Source: Minisyncoccia bacterium
GTDB lineage: Bacteria > Patescibacteriota > Minisyncoccia > Phycocordibacterales > UBA918
Reading direction: 5' to 3'
DNA length: 64,000 bases
Assembly (NCBI GenBank): GCA_041738755.1
Contig: JBGSPE010000011.1
Location: forward strand, 6,658 to 70,657
Shown: piece by piece, positions 9,097-19,416 of the stretch
Layout of the letters: every line of letters begins with the position of its first letter
Numbering within the stretch: the first letter of the stretch is position 1
Position numbers and translations under genes: made by a program
Notes under the pieces: model-generated
Told to the model about the DNA's origin: nothing
Database searches by the model: none
What the model saw: only the letters and a program-made list of their open reading frames with translations

Positions 9097-11295
9097 ATGG
9101 CCCGAAAAAAACCACTCAAGAAACCACCTCGTCAACCGCTGTTTGACGATCTTTCGCCGCAAGCGAAGCAAGCTATCTGGTCAGTCTTTATGGCGATGCT
9201 GGCAGTCTTCTTTTTGTTTGCACTCTTTGAAGCGGCGGGACCGGTTGGTCGGTATACGGACATGGGGCTCCGCTTCCTCTTTGGCAGTGGAGCATGGCTC
9301 GCACCACTCGCGTGTCTCTCATATATATACGTACTATTGAATCCACGAGAGAATCAGTCGCTCAGTGTTTCTAAAGCGCTCGGGACCGCCCTCTTCTTCC
9401 TGTCACTGTTTGGTGCCTTGGAACTCTACGAAGCAGGTAACGGAGGAGTGATTGGTCTCTCACTCGTGTGGCCACTTACCGCACTCCTTGGGGTCACTCT
9501 GACCGGAGTGTTGTTCGCTTCACTGATACTCATCTCGGTCTTTTTGCTTTTCAATACCGGACTACGATTCTCACTCTTTGCTCAAAAAGACGGTACTGAG
9601 GATGAGGAGGAATTTGATGATGAGTTTGAAGATGAAGAAGTTACACCTAAGAAAGGCAAAGAGAAACTTCCTGAACCCGAGGACGAAGAAGCAGACGATG
9701 ACAATAGTAAAGGTCTTACTGCGGTTGGAAAAGCCGTAGCAAAAATTGCAGCTGCTCGACCGAGCGAAATCGTAGTCAAAAACTTTAGTGGGACCTACAT
9801 TGCACCGTCCCTCTCACTCTTGAAGAAAGAGACGAGTAAGGCGCAGATTGGTGACGTGAAGGCAAACGCTAACATGATTAAACGAACCCTCCATGAGTTC
9901 GGTATTAGTGTGGAGATGGACGCCGTTGAGAGTGGTCCGACCATCACCCGCTACGCCTTGAAGCCAGCCCAAGGAGTGAAGATCTCTCGGATTGTTGGAC
10001 TGCAGCAAGAACTCCAGTTGGCTCTTAAGGCGAGCTCGATTCGTATCGAAGCGCCAATCCCGGGTAAGTCACTGGTTGGTATCGAGGTACCAAATCAGAC
10101 GAGAGCTACAGTCGGTCTTGCTTCAATGCTCGCTACCCCGGACTACACCGACTCCCCTCATCCACTGATTGTGGCTCTCGGGAAAGATGTTACTGGTCAC
10201 GTGCACTTCGCGAACGTGGCCCGGATGCCACACGGACTGATTGCTGGTACGACTGGGTCTGGTAAGTCGGTCGCGATTCACAATGTCATCATCTCGTTGC
10301 TCTTCCGGAACTCACCGGACCAGCTGCGCTTCATCCTCGTCGACCCTAAGCGAGTGGAACTCACCCTCTATAACAAAATCCCCCATCTCCTCACACCGGT
10401 TATCACCGACGCCAAGAAAGCTATTCGCGCACTCTCATGGGCAGTGAAGGAAATGGAACGACGGTACGATATCCTCGAAAGTGAGCAAGTGCAGAACATC
10501 AGCTCATACCACAAGAACGTCTACCAGCCAGCCAAGAAGGAATGGGAAGCCAATGGGAAGCAAGAAGAGGAGCGGGTAAATCTCCCGGAAGCCCTCCCCT
10601 ACATTGTGATTATCCTTGACGAGCTCAACGACCTGATGCAGGCGTACCCACGGGAACTTGAAGCCTGTATCGTACGACTCGCCCAGATGAGTCGGGCGGT
10701 CGGTATCCACCTTATCCTCGCGACCCAGCGTCCGTCGGTGAATGTTATTACCGGTACTATTAAAGCTAACGTACCAACTCGTATCGCCTTGGCGGTAGCC
10801 TCACAAATCGACTCACGAACGATTATTGACGGCGTAGGAGCTGAGAAGCTCCTTGGAGCGGGCGACATGTTGTACCTCTCTTCTGATAGTCCACGGCCTT
10901 TCCGCCTCCAATCAGCCTACGTCTCAGAAGAAGAAATCAAAAAAGTGGTGGATTATCTCCGCAAGCAAGCCTCGACTGACCTGTCTGACACGATTAACTT
11001 CGATGAAAAAGAAGAGAATGGTGGCGATAGCTTCTTTAAGTCACTGACTGGAAACGGTAATGAAGAAGCTGATGACGAGCTCTACGACGATGCCAAGCAG
11101 GCCGTCATGGAAGCTGGTAAGGCCTCGACCTCGTACCTCCAGCGAAAACTACGGATTGGGTACTCGAGAGCAGCGCGCCTGATTGACCTCCTTGAAGAAA
11201 ACGGTGTGATTGGTGCCCAAGATGGCTCGAAAGCCCGGGAAGTGAAGTATGACAGTGGAGAAGATACTGATGATGAGGAGCTTATCCGAGAATAA
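9097..11295 (+). CDS. ftsK: DNA translocase FtsK/SpoIIIE
   Basis: N-terminal TM helices, Walker A GTTGSGKSV, Walker B VIILDELNDL, and a C-terminal gamma-domain wHTH (YLQRKLRIGYSRAARLIDLLEENGVIG). Confidence 0.9.
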   Translation: MARKKPLKKPPRQPLFDDLSPQAKQAIWSVFMAMLAVFFLFALFEAAGPVGRYTDMGLRFLFGSGAWLAPLACLSYIYVLLNPRENQSLSVSKALGTALFFLSLFGALELYEAGNGGVIGLSLVWPLTALLGVTLTGVLFASLILISVFLLFNTGLRFSLFAQKDGTEDEEEFDDEFEDEEVTPKKGKEKLPEPEDEEADDDNSKGLTAVGKAVAKIAAARPSEIVVKNFSGTYIAPSLSLLKKETSKAQIGDVKANANMIKRTLHEFGISVEMDAVESGPTITRYALKPAQGVKISRIVGLQQELQLALKASSIRIEAPIPGKSLVGIEVPNQTRATVGLASMLATPDYTDSPHPLIVALGKDVTGHVHFANVARMPHGLIAGTTGSGKSVAIHNVIISLLFRNSPDQLRFILVDPKRVELTLYNKIPHLLTPVITDAKKAIRALSWAVKEMERRYDILESEQVQNISSYHKNVYQPAKKEWEANGKQEEERVNLPEALPYIVIILDELNDLMQAYPRELEACIVRLAQMSRAVGIHLILATQRPSVNVITGTIKANVPTRIALAVASQIDSRTIIDGVGAEKLLGAGDMLYLSSDSPRPFRLQSAYVSEEEIKKVVDYLRKQASTDLSDTINFDEKEENGGDSFFKSLTGNGNEEADDELYDDAKQAVMEAGKASTSYLQRKLRIGYSRAARLIDLLEENGVIGAQDGSKAREVKYDSGEDTDDEELIRE

Positions 11296-11300
11296 TACCT

Positions 11301-11681
11301 ATGGAACAGCGTATCTTGGATTATTTCAGTTTTCGTTCCCTTACCCTCAGTATTGTTGGGTTACTGGGAGTCTTGTGTCTCTTGCTCTTCCTTATCTTTC
11401 AGGCTCGGTATGTGATTGTGGGTCCGCAGATAGTGATAACCGAGGCGCCGCAAGGACCACAGAACCAGCAACAAATCTTCCTCGGTGGTCGGGCATATAA
11501 TATCTCTCGCCTCTGGCTCAATGATCGGCCAATTTATACCGACCCTCAGGGGAATTTTAAAGAGGCGCTTGTCCTCGAAAACGGCTATACTATAGCTACC
11601 CTACGAGCTGAAGATCGATACGGCAGGAGCACTGAAGTGCAACAGACGTTGGTCTATGCCCCGGCCAGCTTCGTGCAGTAA
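11301..11681 (+). CDS. hypothetical single-pass membrane protein
   Basis: 126-aa ORF with an N-terminal TM helix, immediately downstream of ftsK. Confidence 0.35.
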   Translation: MEQRILDYFSFRSLTLSIVGLLGVLCLLLFLIFQARYVIVGPQIVITEAPQGPQNQQQIFLGGRAYNISRLWLNDRPIYTDPQGNFKEALVLENGYTIATLRAEDRYGRSTEVQQTLVYAPASFVQ

Positions 11682-11725
11682 TAGACGGAGGTCTACCCTA
11701 TTTATAATCACGTAATCAAATTAGT

Positions 11726-12859
11726 ATGGCAGTCAAAAAAGGTCCAAAGAAAGCTCCCGTGGTCGCACGAAAGACCGGTGAAAAAAGTGAAATGAATGAT
11801 ATCGCAGAAACCCTGCGCAGTATCAAGACAAAATTTGGTGATGAAGCCATCATGACGCTTGATGAAAGTAAGAAGGTGGATGTTGAAGCTATCTCATCTG
11901 GGTCTATCGGACTTGATGAAGCACTCGGTATCAGTGGTTACCCACGGGGACGAATTATTGAAATCTACGGACCAGAATCGTCTGGTAAGACTACCCTCGC
12001 TCTCCATGCGGTTGCCGAAGCACAAAAGGCTGGTGGTATCTGTGCCTTTATCGATGCTGAACATGCGATGGACCCTGAATACGCTCGAAACCTTGGTGTG
12101 AAGCTTGATGAACTTCTTATCTCACAACCTGATAATGGTGAGCAGGCCTTGGAAATCGTGGAATCACTCGTCCGCTCTGGAAAGCTTGATGTGATTGTCA
12201 TCGACTCGGTAGCGGCCCTTACCCCACGAGATGAAATCGAGGGTGAAATGGGCGCCCACCATGTGGGTAAGCAAGCTCGACTGATGAGCCAGGCCCTGCG
12301 AAAACTCACGGGAATTGTCGCGAAAAGTAAGACGGTAATTATCTTCATCAACCAAATCCGCATGCAGGTAGGAGTGATGTTTGGTAACCCTGAGACTACT
12401 CCAGGAGGAAAGGCCTTGAAGTTCTATACCTCTGTTCGACTTGATATCCGTCGTATTGCCCAAATTAAAAAGGGCGAAGAAGTGGTTGGTGGTCGGCACC
12501 GAGTGAAGGTAGTAAAGAATAAGGTCGCTTCCCCTTTTCGCACCACTGAATTTGACCTTATCTACGGAGAAGGAATTAGTCGTGAAGGAGAACTCTTGGC
12601 GCTCGGAGAGAAATACAAGATGGTGCGTAAGTCAGGAGCGTCATACACCTATCTCCCACCAGGTGGCGATGAGTCCGCTGAAGTGAAGCTTGGACGTGGG
12701 TATGACGCCGCTCGGACTACCCTCCGGAGTGAAAAGAAGCTCCAAACTGAACTCTTGAAGAATATTCGGAAAGCAATGAAAGAAGATATGGCGCCTGCTG
12801 GCCCAACTAAGAGCTCAGCAAGTGATGATGAAGAAGAACAACTACCAGAAGCTGAATAG
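11726..12859 (+). CDS. recA: recombinase RecA
   Basis: Walker [14 protein letters not shown] and conserved RecA core motifs. Followed by a terminator at 12867-12900. Confidence 0.95.
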   Translation: MAVKKGPKKAPVVARKTGEKSEMNDIAETLRSIKTKFGDEAIMTLDESKKVDVEAISSGSIGLDEALGISGYPRGRIIEIYGPESSGKTTLALHAVAEAQKAGGICAFIDAEHAMDPEYARNLGVKLDELLISQPDNGEQALEIVESLVRSGKLDVIVIDSVAALTPRDEIEGEMGAHHVGKQARLMSQALRKLTGIVAKSKTVIIFINQIRMQVGVMFGNPETTPGGKALKFYTSVRLDIRRIAQIKKGEEVVGGRHRVKVVKNKVASPFRTTEFDLIYGEGISREGELLALGEKYKMVRKSGASYTYLPPGGDESAEVKLGRGYDAARTTLRSEKKLQTELLKNIRKAMKEDMAPAGPTKSSASDDEEEQLPEAE

Positions 12860-12866
12860 AGAGTAA

Positions 12867-12900
12867 AAGCCGCCGGGGCCAAAGGCCCCGCGGCTTTTCT
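12867..12900 (+). terminator. Rho-independent terminator after recA
   Basis: AAAGCCGCCGGGGCC aaa GGCCCCGCGGCTTTTCT. Confidence 0.7.
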
Positions 12901-12972
12901 ACATATTTCACCTCTTTATAATACCTCTTATTGTTATACTGAAAAATAGATTTAATACTCATTATTTATTTT

Positions 12973-13686
12973 ATGAAAAATCTTATATATCGTATACTCG
13001 CAGGGACTATTATATTGAGTATTCTAATTATCGTTAGCCTTGTCTTCATAGGTATAGCTAGCGACCAGGGTAGTTTACAAATAACTGATCAAGAACCAGC
13101 TATGAATTCAGACACTTATAGTGACGAGACCTTACAAAAACTCTATGCGGAAGGTAAATATGATGAATTAAAACAAGCGCTCGTCTCCGCTGTTAGCGAT
13201 CCTCTGACCAATCCTTTCTCACTCTATTCATATAGTGCCACGCTCTTTGAGTTAGGAAATCGAGAACAAGCGGCTTTTGTATTTTACTTGGCTCAAGTCC
13301 GAACGAGAGCATATACACAACTTGACCCAGATCCATCTGCTTCTGGCGCATTACGAGGAGCACTGAATGACGGTGTGGGGCAAATTATTAATCCTTGGGT
13401 AGGGTCTGATGCGGAGAGTTGGAAACGAATTGCTTTTGCGGCGGTCGCTTATGATCAAGGTCTTGGCTACCCTGCTCCGGAATTTGGAACTCCAAAAGAA
13501 ACCTGGGAAGCACTGATTGATGCCGAACGAGCGGCTTACGCCGCTGATATGGAGTCGTTTCTTGGTCCTCTAGACCAAGCTACCCATGCGATACAACGGG
13601 AACAAAACGGTCTCTATGCCGGACCATTGCAAGATCCTGGTGAACCACTACCAGCAGCATGGATCGAGCCTACTTATCTAGAATAA
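12973..13686 (+). CDS. hypothetical membrane-anchored protein (paralog A)
   Basis: 237-aa ORF with an N-terminal TM helix. Its C-terminal about 170 aa are clearly homologous to the C-terminus of the next gene, sharing NPF.LY.YS, NREQAAFVF..AQ.R and PW.GSD.E.WK. Confidence 0.45.
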   Translation: MKNLIYRILAGTIILSILIIVSLVFIGIASDQGSLQITDQEPAMNSDTYSDETLQKLYAEGKYDELKQALVSAVSDPLTNPFSLYSYSATLFELGNREQAAFVFYLAQVRTRAYTQLDPDPSASGALRGALNDGVGQIINPWVGSDAESWKRIAFAAVAYDQGLGYPAPEFGTPKETWEALIDAERAAYAADMESFLGPLDQATHAIQREQNGLYAGPLQDPGEPLPAAWIEPTYLE

Positions 13687-13818
13687 TTAATCTTGAAATA
13701 GCCAAAGCAGGGACTCTTGTAAAAGTCCCTGCTTTTTTACCCAATGAATACGCCACATCTGTACTTGGAGTTGCTATACTTTAATCAGAATTGTTTTAAT
13801 CTATTATCCTCACTTTAT

Positions 13819-15057
13819 ATGAACATAATTATTAAAAAAGCACTGACCCTCACCCTACTCATACTATTATTACCAATTACTACCCTATCAGCTGAAACAG
13901 CTACGGTTGAGGAACAACTCCATACATCTTCACTCCAAAGCGCTGCGACCAACCAGAGTCTCTATCGGTTTCCTCGAGTGCTTGGACATAGTACTGATGA
14001 AACTTCCACCCGAGTCACGAGAACTCTTGAACAAGCAATTGCGAGTGAATATGAAGATATTACTATAGAGCCACCAACTGGATGGTCAGTGTCTGAAGAA
14101 ATTGATGCAGATGGGATATTTTCAACTTATATACTCAATGAAAACTATACTGCCCAGATTGCAATACATCGTATTTATGACCCTGAAGTAACACTAGATT
14201 CTCTCACGGAAGAAATTGAAGCTGTCTGTGAAGTTTGTGGCTACACCATTGAGGACAAAGAGGAAGTAACCTTTCTTGAGGAAGATGGTATATTCTTTGC
14301 GGTACAAGCTGATGGCGAGCGATTTGATCAATATGCCACGGTGATTGATGACGTCGCATATATTGCTACCATCTCGGCTGGAGATGAACTCTGGGATAGC
14401 TATAAAGCTATCATGACTAAGAGTATTGAAACACTTGAAGTTATTTCAGTTGAGCCAATTAAAACTACTCCCATTGAACCTGAAGAAGTTGATACAGACG
14501 CCTTCGAAGCTGTGATTGCATTGATTGAAGCAGAAGAATTCGAACAAGCAGAAGTAGCAATCATTGAAGCGGTGGCAAATCCTGAGACTGACCCATTCAC
14601 CCTCTATGGATACAGTATTATTCTTTTCTATTTCTTGGAAAATCGAGAACAAGCGGCCTTTGTGTTTCATGTCGCTCAGCTCAGATCAGGAGCTTTTACA
14701 GAAACTCCAGATGATTCCGACTCTTATGGGTACTTTGCCTTACGCTCATCTCTCGATAGTATTACGGGAGAAGTTATTCTGCCTTGGCTAGGGTCTGATA
14801 TTGAAGCTTGGAAGAAACTAGCACAAACTGCCATTAATTTTGAACAAACACTCGGCTATCCAACGAACCTCCTTGGACTTGATGAAGCTGCGTGGGAGGA
14901 ATTGGTGGATGATGTGCGAGATGAATACCAAGCTGGAATGGAGGAATACTTACTCCCTGTAACTGAGAGCGAAGCCCGGGCCCTCCGAGCTGAAAACGGA
15001 CTCTCGGTTGGACCGTGGGAAGGCCCAGGCGACCCAGTACCAGTTGAGTGGAGATAA
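13819..15057 (+). CDS. hypothetical secreted protein (paralog B, carrying an extra N-terminal domain)
   Basis: The ORF 13744-15057 probably starts at the internal Met (MNIIIKKALTL..., signal peptide). Its C-terminal domain is paralogous to the preceding gene. Terminator at 15062-15092. Confidence 0.45.
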   Translation: MNIIIKKALTLTLLILLLPITTLSAETATVEEQLHTSSLQSAATNQSLYRFPRVLGHSTDETSTRVTRTLEQAIASEYEDITIEPPTGWSVSEEIDADGIFSTYILNENYTAQIAIHRIYDPEVTLDSLTEEIEAVCEVCGYTIEDKEEVTFLEEDGIFFAVQADGERFDQYATVIDDVAYIATISAGDELWDSYKAIMTKSIETLEVISVEPIKTTPIEPEEVDTDAFEAVIALIEAEEFEQAEVAIIEAVANPETDPFTLYGYSIILFYFLENREQAAFVFHVAQLRSGAFTETPDDSDSYGYFALRSSLDSITGEVILPWLGSDIEAWKKLAQTAINFEQTLGYPTNLLGLDEAAWEELVDDVRDEYQAGMEEYLLPVTESEARALRAENGLSVGPWEGPGDPVPVEWR

Positions 15058-15126
15058 CACAGACGTAAAAAAGCGGCCATAGGCCGCTTTTTTGTCTTCT
15101 CATATTTTCTGTACTGAATACATGTC

Positions 15127-16992
15127 TTACCAGCTTCTCCCTCCACCTCCACCTCCGCCTCCGCCAGAGCTACCAGAGGAAGAGCCTGAACTTGACCCTG
15201 AAGACCCTGAGGAATTACCATTTCTAGAAACAAATGTTTTTTCCGTACTGCTGGTGAAATTTCCAAAATCAGTCACAAAAGAATTCGCAGTAAAGTTCTC
15301 GACCGAACCACCTTGATACCAAGATGGATTGTGCTGATACATTTCTTCAAACTCCTTCGCCCACTTCTTCTCTAATCCGAATATCATGGCAAATGGGAGT
15401 AGTATTTCAAATAATTCTGGGGTTTTTTCTGGAGCATTGTGAAATTTGATACGCTCATCTTCGGCCACATCAATATACAATTTCAAGCCTTCAAGGTAAT
15501 AGGCTGCTTCAATTCCCTTTTCGGAATAGTGTAATCGTTTAAAGTTTTTTGAAGAGAAGAAATAGCCTAGAAATACATAACACACAAGCAACGCTATATA
15601 AGTAGCAAAAGCTATTGTCCCAAAAATAACCCACACAAAAACACCGGGGTTAACAGCAAAAAAGAGAACTAGAAATGGGTGCAGTTTAAAAAATGGTCGG
15701 GCGTATTCTGGGTCTTTTTTGCAAAGAAAATATCCAGACTTAGTTACTTCTTTGCTTAGCTCAGATGAAAGTGTGTATATATGTTGCCCAAAACTTGCTT
15801 TAATAGTATCTAGATTATTTCCACTAAGCATATCGAACAGTACTTTGCTGTACGTACTTAGGGTATCTTTCGAAGTATTAGTTCCGTCAAAGGTATATGT
15901 ATCTGGCAAAATAAGGTTTTCATCGGTTTTTTTAATGATGATATGTCCTTTAGTTGCAAGATAAATAGTCTGGGCTGATATCACGCTTGGTGAAACATCA
16001 ACAGCGCCCTTTAATACTGCAGCAGCGAGCAGTGGATCAAAAGAAGCAGGATCATACTGTGCAACAACATTGTACTTTTCAGATAAACGGCGAACACGCC
16101 GCCAGGCTGGCAATCGCTTTTTCAGTACGCGGTACAGCAGGAACGGAATCAAGAGGAGTGGCCAGTACTGCAAGTAATCTGGCTCGGCAGGTGCGACTTC
16201 TGGTGAAACTACTACATCGGGCGGAAAGGCTACCGCAATGGTCATACCTTGGCCAGGCATGAGTCCAGCCGGGCCAGTAAAGAAAATGTTTGAAGTAGAC
16301 TGTTTGGTATTTTGAACCACTGAATCATCACCACAACTGTTTGTCTCGTCAAAATACCCACAAAACGATCTGATTATGAGTCTATCTTCTGAAACAGATG
16401 GAATAGTGACCTTGGCTGAAACTTGTCCGATTGGAACTTCCCACAGGTCGCCAGTCACATTCCAATAAATTTCAGTCCGATCATCAAAATACCCAAGAGC
16501 ATTCTCTACGGTATAGGTAATAACATAGGTTTTTTTACCAGTTAGAAAAACTTCTGGGTCTCCGATTTTCACCGAGAACCAATAATAATCATCAGACAAC
16601 ATCGGAGAGTTCGGGAACAATCGTTCAAACCATGAGGGTTCACCGCTATTGAGACCCGTAGCAACAAATGGTTGCACGGTACCCATTTCATCAGTAACAT
16701 TAACATCAACGATTTGAATCTCCCCCACTGTTCCAATCACATTCGTCAGCGGAATATCGCGAATAATGCCTCTTCTTTCATTGATACCAAAGTTGTAGAC
16801 AATCGTTTCGGTTACGGTAACTATCCCATCAGCTTTTACTTCAATATCTACATTAAATGAATCGATTGATTCAGAATAGAGACTTTCTTCAACGAAGAAA
16901 GTCTCTTCATCTGTCATTTGTGCAGAGACAGGACTAAGAAGAACACCACTGAGTACTAAGGCTGTAAAAAAAGGTAAAAGGTAATATCTCAT
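15127..16992 (-). CDS. DUF2207-like membrane protein (extracellular N-domain, TM helices, Gly/Ser-rich C-terminal tail)
   Basis: 621 aa with a signal peptide, a large N-terminal domain, several TM helices, and a C-terminus GSSGSSSGSSSGSSGGGGGGGGG typical of the DUF2207 family. Confidence 0.55.
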   Translation of the reverse strand: MRYYLLPFFTALVLSGVLLSPVSAQMTDEETFFVEESLYSESIDSFNVDIEVKADGIVTVTETIVYNFGINERRGIIRDIPLTNVIGTVGEIQIVDVNVTDEMGTVQPFVATGLNSGEPSWFERLFPNSPMLSDDYYWFSVKIGDPEVFLTGKKTYVITYTVENALGYFDDRTEIYWNVTGDLWEVPIGQVSAKVTIPSVSEDRLIIRSFCGYFDETNSCGDDSVVQNTKQSTSNIFFTGPAGLMPGQGMTIAVAFPPDVVVSPEVAPAEPDYLQYWPLLLIPFLLYRVLKKRLPAWRRVRRLSEKYNVVAQYDPASFDPLLAAAVLKGAVDVSPSVISAQTIYLATKGHIIIKKTDENLILPDTYTFDGTNTSKDTLSTYSKVLFDMLSGNNLDTIKASFGQHIYTLSSELSKEVTKSGYFLCKKDPEYARPFFKLHPFLVLFFAVNPGVFVWVIFGTIAFATYIALLVCYVFLGYFFSSKNFKRLHYSEKGIEAAYYLEGLKLYIDVAEDERIKFHNAPEKTPELFEILLPFAMIFGLEKKWAKEFEEMYQHNPSWYQGGSVENFTANSFVTDFGNFTSSTEKTFVSRNGNSSGSSGSSSGSSSGSSGGGGGGGGGRSW

Positions 16993-17034
16993 ACCTAAAG
17001 TATAGCAACTTGGTCTGAAATATAGACCATTTTG

Positions 17035-17370
17035 TTAAACAGGACGATATTGTCCTTTCTGATTTGCAAAGAATAGTATCAAACGACTAACGATTGAAAC
17101 CGAAATCATCGCTATGAGTATGCTTATGAGGACTGTCAGTATCCTTCCTTCAGCAAGCGCATGTGTAAACGCATTGATTATAAAGTTTGGGGCATTAGAG
17201 AGTGGCGTAGCAAGAAAGTTACTTACGATACTAGCCACGTGGGTCAATCGCCCAAAGAGATACAGGCTCCCCATAAAGGCTATTCCTTGCCAAACCATTG
17301 CCTGCGTCAAAAAGCTCAACAGATAACTGTAGTAAACGCGCCGCATGATACTTCTTTCTAAACTGGTCAT
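17035..17370 (-). CDS. small membrane protein, possible anti-sigma factor partner
   Basis: 111-aa hydrophobic ORF directly downstream of an ECF sigma factor gene in the same orientation. Confidence 0.3.
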   Translation of the reverse strand: MTSLERSIMRRVYYSYLLSFLTQAMVWQGIAFMGSLYLFGRLTHVASIVSNFLATPLSNAPNFIINAFTHALAEGRILTVLISILIAMISVSIVSRLILFFANQKGQYRPV

Positions 17371-17403
17371 ATACGTATTGATACCTCTTTCTGCACTAAA
17401 AAG

Positions 17404-18021
17404 TTACAACAGACTTTCCGCTTCCCCGCTTTTGCTCTCTTTTTTAAAGGCAGCTTTGGCACGGTGAATCCTGGCTTTAATCGTTCCAACATTTTCACCG
17501 GTGTGATCTGCGATATCTTGGTGCGACCACCGTTCAAGATAATGTAACCGCAAGACAGCAGCGAAATGTCCAGGCATCCGGCTCAAAATACGCTCGATGC
17601 CATCGGCCTTCTCGGCAAAGCCGCTGTGCTCTTTTTGTTCACCTACGTATTGTTCAAATTCTGGATCAAGGGCGGTAAAGCGCTGCCCTTCTTTTATGAG
17701 CTTTTGGTATTTGGTAAACGCGGTATTAAGAAGTATACGATACGCCCAGGAGGAAAACTTAGCTCCCTCTTGAGGCCTGAAGCTATCGGCATTGATATAA
17801 ATTTTGGTGAAGGTATCGAGCACAACTTCTTCTACGTCGAGTGGATTGTGTAAAATTCCTCGTACTTTGCGAGTAAACGCATCCTCATACCGCTGAATCA
17901 AGAGCGAGAAGTACCAGGGTTTTAGTTTTGACTCCAATAACAATACTTCATCGCTCCGTTCTACTTCTGTATTATCTGAACCAAATCCCAACATAGATAG
18001 GTACATACTATCACTCAACAC
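17404..18021 (-). CDS. RNA polymerase sigma-70 family ECF sigma factor
   Basis: Region 2 (LLIQRYEDAF...VVLDTFTKIY) and a region 4 HTH (WSHQDIADHTGENVGTIKARIHRAKAAFKK). Confidence 0.7.
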   Translation of the reverse strand: MLSDSMYLSMLGFGSDNTEVERSDEVLLLESKLKPWYFSLLIQRYEDAFTRKVRGILHNPLDVEEVVLDTFTKIYINADSFRPQEGAKFSSWAYRILLNTAFTKYQKLIKEGQRFTALDPEFEQYVGEQKEHSGFAEKADGIERILSRMPGHFAAVLRLHYLERWSHQDIADHTGENVGTIKARIHRAKAAFKKESKSGEAESLL

Positions 18022-18101
18022 GTATTTTGGTAGCCTGGTTTGATTTACCTTTTGACATAAATCTGTTATAAATAAAGCCTTATTTAGATAACCACACGTT
18101 C

Positions 18102-18677
18102 ATGGCCGTCCTCTCATACAATGAAATAACTCTCAAAAAAGTCATTCTCCATGAAGGTGAACCCTATTTGGTGACCGCTACACACGTGTTTCGAAAACAA
18201 CAGCGAAAACCAGTAAATATCACCAAGCTCAAGAGCCTAAAGTCTGGCCGGGTGTTAGAAATCACCTTTCACCAAAATGAGACCGTTGAAGAGGCTGATA
18301 TGGAGACGAAGTCAGTAACTTTTATCTACCGTAAAGGTAATGAGTACTGGTTTCATATTGCCGGAAAACCAAGTGATCGATTTTTCTTGACCGAAGATTT
18401 GGTTGGCCCACAGGGTAAATTCCTCAAAGAACGCAGTGATATTGATGCCCTGGCATTTGAAGATGAAATTATTGGACTCAAATTCCCTATCAAGGTGGTA
18501 CTCAAAGTTAAGGAAGCGATGGACGCAGTTAAAGGTAATAGCTCAAGTGGTGCACAAAAGGAGGTGACACTTGAAACCGGAGCGACACTCATGGTACCGA
18601 TGTTCATTAATACGGGCGACACTATCAGTATTAATACTGAACTTGGAGAGTACTCAGAACGAGTTGATAAGGCATAA
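18102..18677 (+). CDS. efp: translation elongation factor P
   Basis: 191 aa. The domain pattern matches EF-P, including the KPGKG-region analogue and the conserved FRKGE..E/YWFH segments. Terminator at about 18682-18718. Confidence 0.7.
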   Translation: MAVLSYNEITLKKVILHEGEPYLVTATHVFRKQQRKPVNITKLKSLKSGRVLEITFHQNETVEEADMETKSVTFIYRKGNEYWFHIAGKPSDRFFLTEDLVGPQGKFLKERSDIDALAFEDEIIGLKFPIKVVLKVKEAMDAVKGNSSSGAQKEVTLETGATLMVPMFINTGDTISINTELGEYSERVDKA

Positions 18678-18717
18678 GGTAACCGCTCACCATGATGTAT
18701 GGTGAGCGGTTTCTCTT

Positions 18718-18912
18718 TTACTTAGTCTTAAACAGATTAACCAAGAATCTTACAAAATCTGCAGATACGTCTGGACCAAGATCCTCCGCCGGTCTTCGGC
18801 GTCGACGCTGTTTCCATCTTTCTGACCACAATAGGCGATCCTCATATGAAAGACCTACGAGATAGGGACGAATTAACCGACCAGGAGGCATGGGTCTATT
18901 GTCTACTTTCAT
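18718..18912 (-). CDS. small basic hypothetical protein
   Basis: 64 aa, Arg-rich (WKQRRRRRP). A good SD (AGGAG, 8 nt upstream of the ATG) is visible on the minus strand. Confidence 0.25.
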   Translation of the reverse strand: MKVDNRPMPPGRLIRPYLVGLSYEDRLLWSERWKQRRRRRPAEDLGPDVSADFVRFLVNLFKTK

Positions 18913-19042
18913 ACAACACTCCTCAGCATTTTGGTATTGTTTTGACTTTCTGAGCCGAGCTTAGCATATTGCTGCTTAGCTGGATAGGGATGGGTATATA
19001 AAAAGCGGACGGCCCTTTTGGGGCCGTCCGCTTTTTTGTATC

Positions 19043-19243
19043 TTAGTGCTTGATGAATGGCATGAGGGCCATAAATCGTGCTCGCTTCACTGCTTGAGCA
19101 AAGTTTCTTTGTCCTTTGGCTGAAAGGCCGGTTCGGCGACGATTCATCATTCGAGCGTGTGGGTTCACATTGCTCCCGAGACGCAAGATGTTCTTGTAGT
19201 CTACGTGGTGTAATGGAGTACGGTCTGATTGAATTTTTTCCAT
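19043..19243 (-). CDS. rpsR: 30S ribosomal protein bS18
   Basis: The segment RRRTGLSAKGQRNFAQAVKRARFMALMPF matches the bS18 signature. Located in the conserved rpsF-ssb-rpsR arrangement, with a terminator at 18990-19040. Confidence 0.85.
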   Translation of the reverse strand: MEKIQSDRTPLHHVDYKNILRLGSNVNPHARMMNRRRTGLSAKGQRNFAQAVKRARFMALMPFIKH

Positions 19244-19416
19244 GTTTTTTATGATTGGCTAGTAATAATTTCAAATTTTATTTCAGCGTATTCAGATTCT
19301 AAATTCAGAGGTGACCCAGATACTAGGCGGGCGAGGAAAATACTATGAGTGGGACTAATGTCCAGCGAATAGTATTTTACCGAAGCCCAACGCCGTAGAT
19401 GGGTTACATTCTGGAT

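Noticed and set aside
11859-12499. Several 80-130 aa ORFs overlapping recA on both strands
   Set aside because: recA is unambiguous. The overlapping frames are by-products of its codon composition.
18909-19274. 121-aa minus-strand ORF overlapping rpsR in another frame
   Set aside because: The bS18 frame (19043-19243) carries the conserved ribosomal signature. The longer overlapping frame has none and would delete rpsR.
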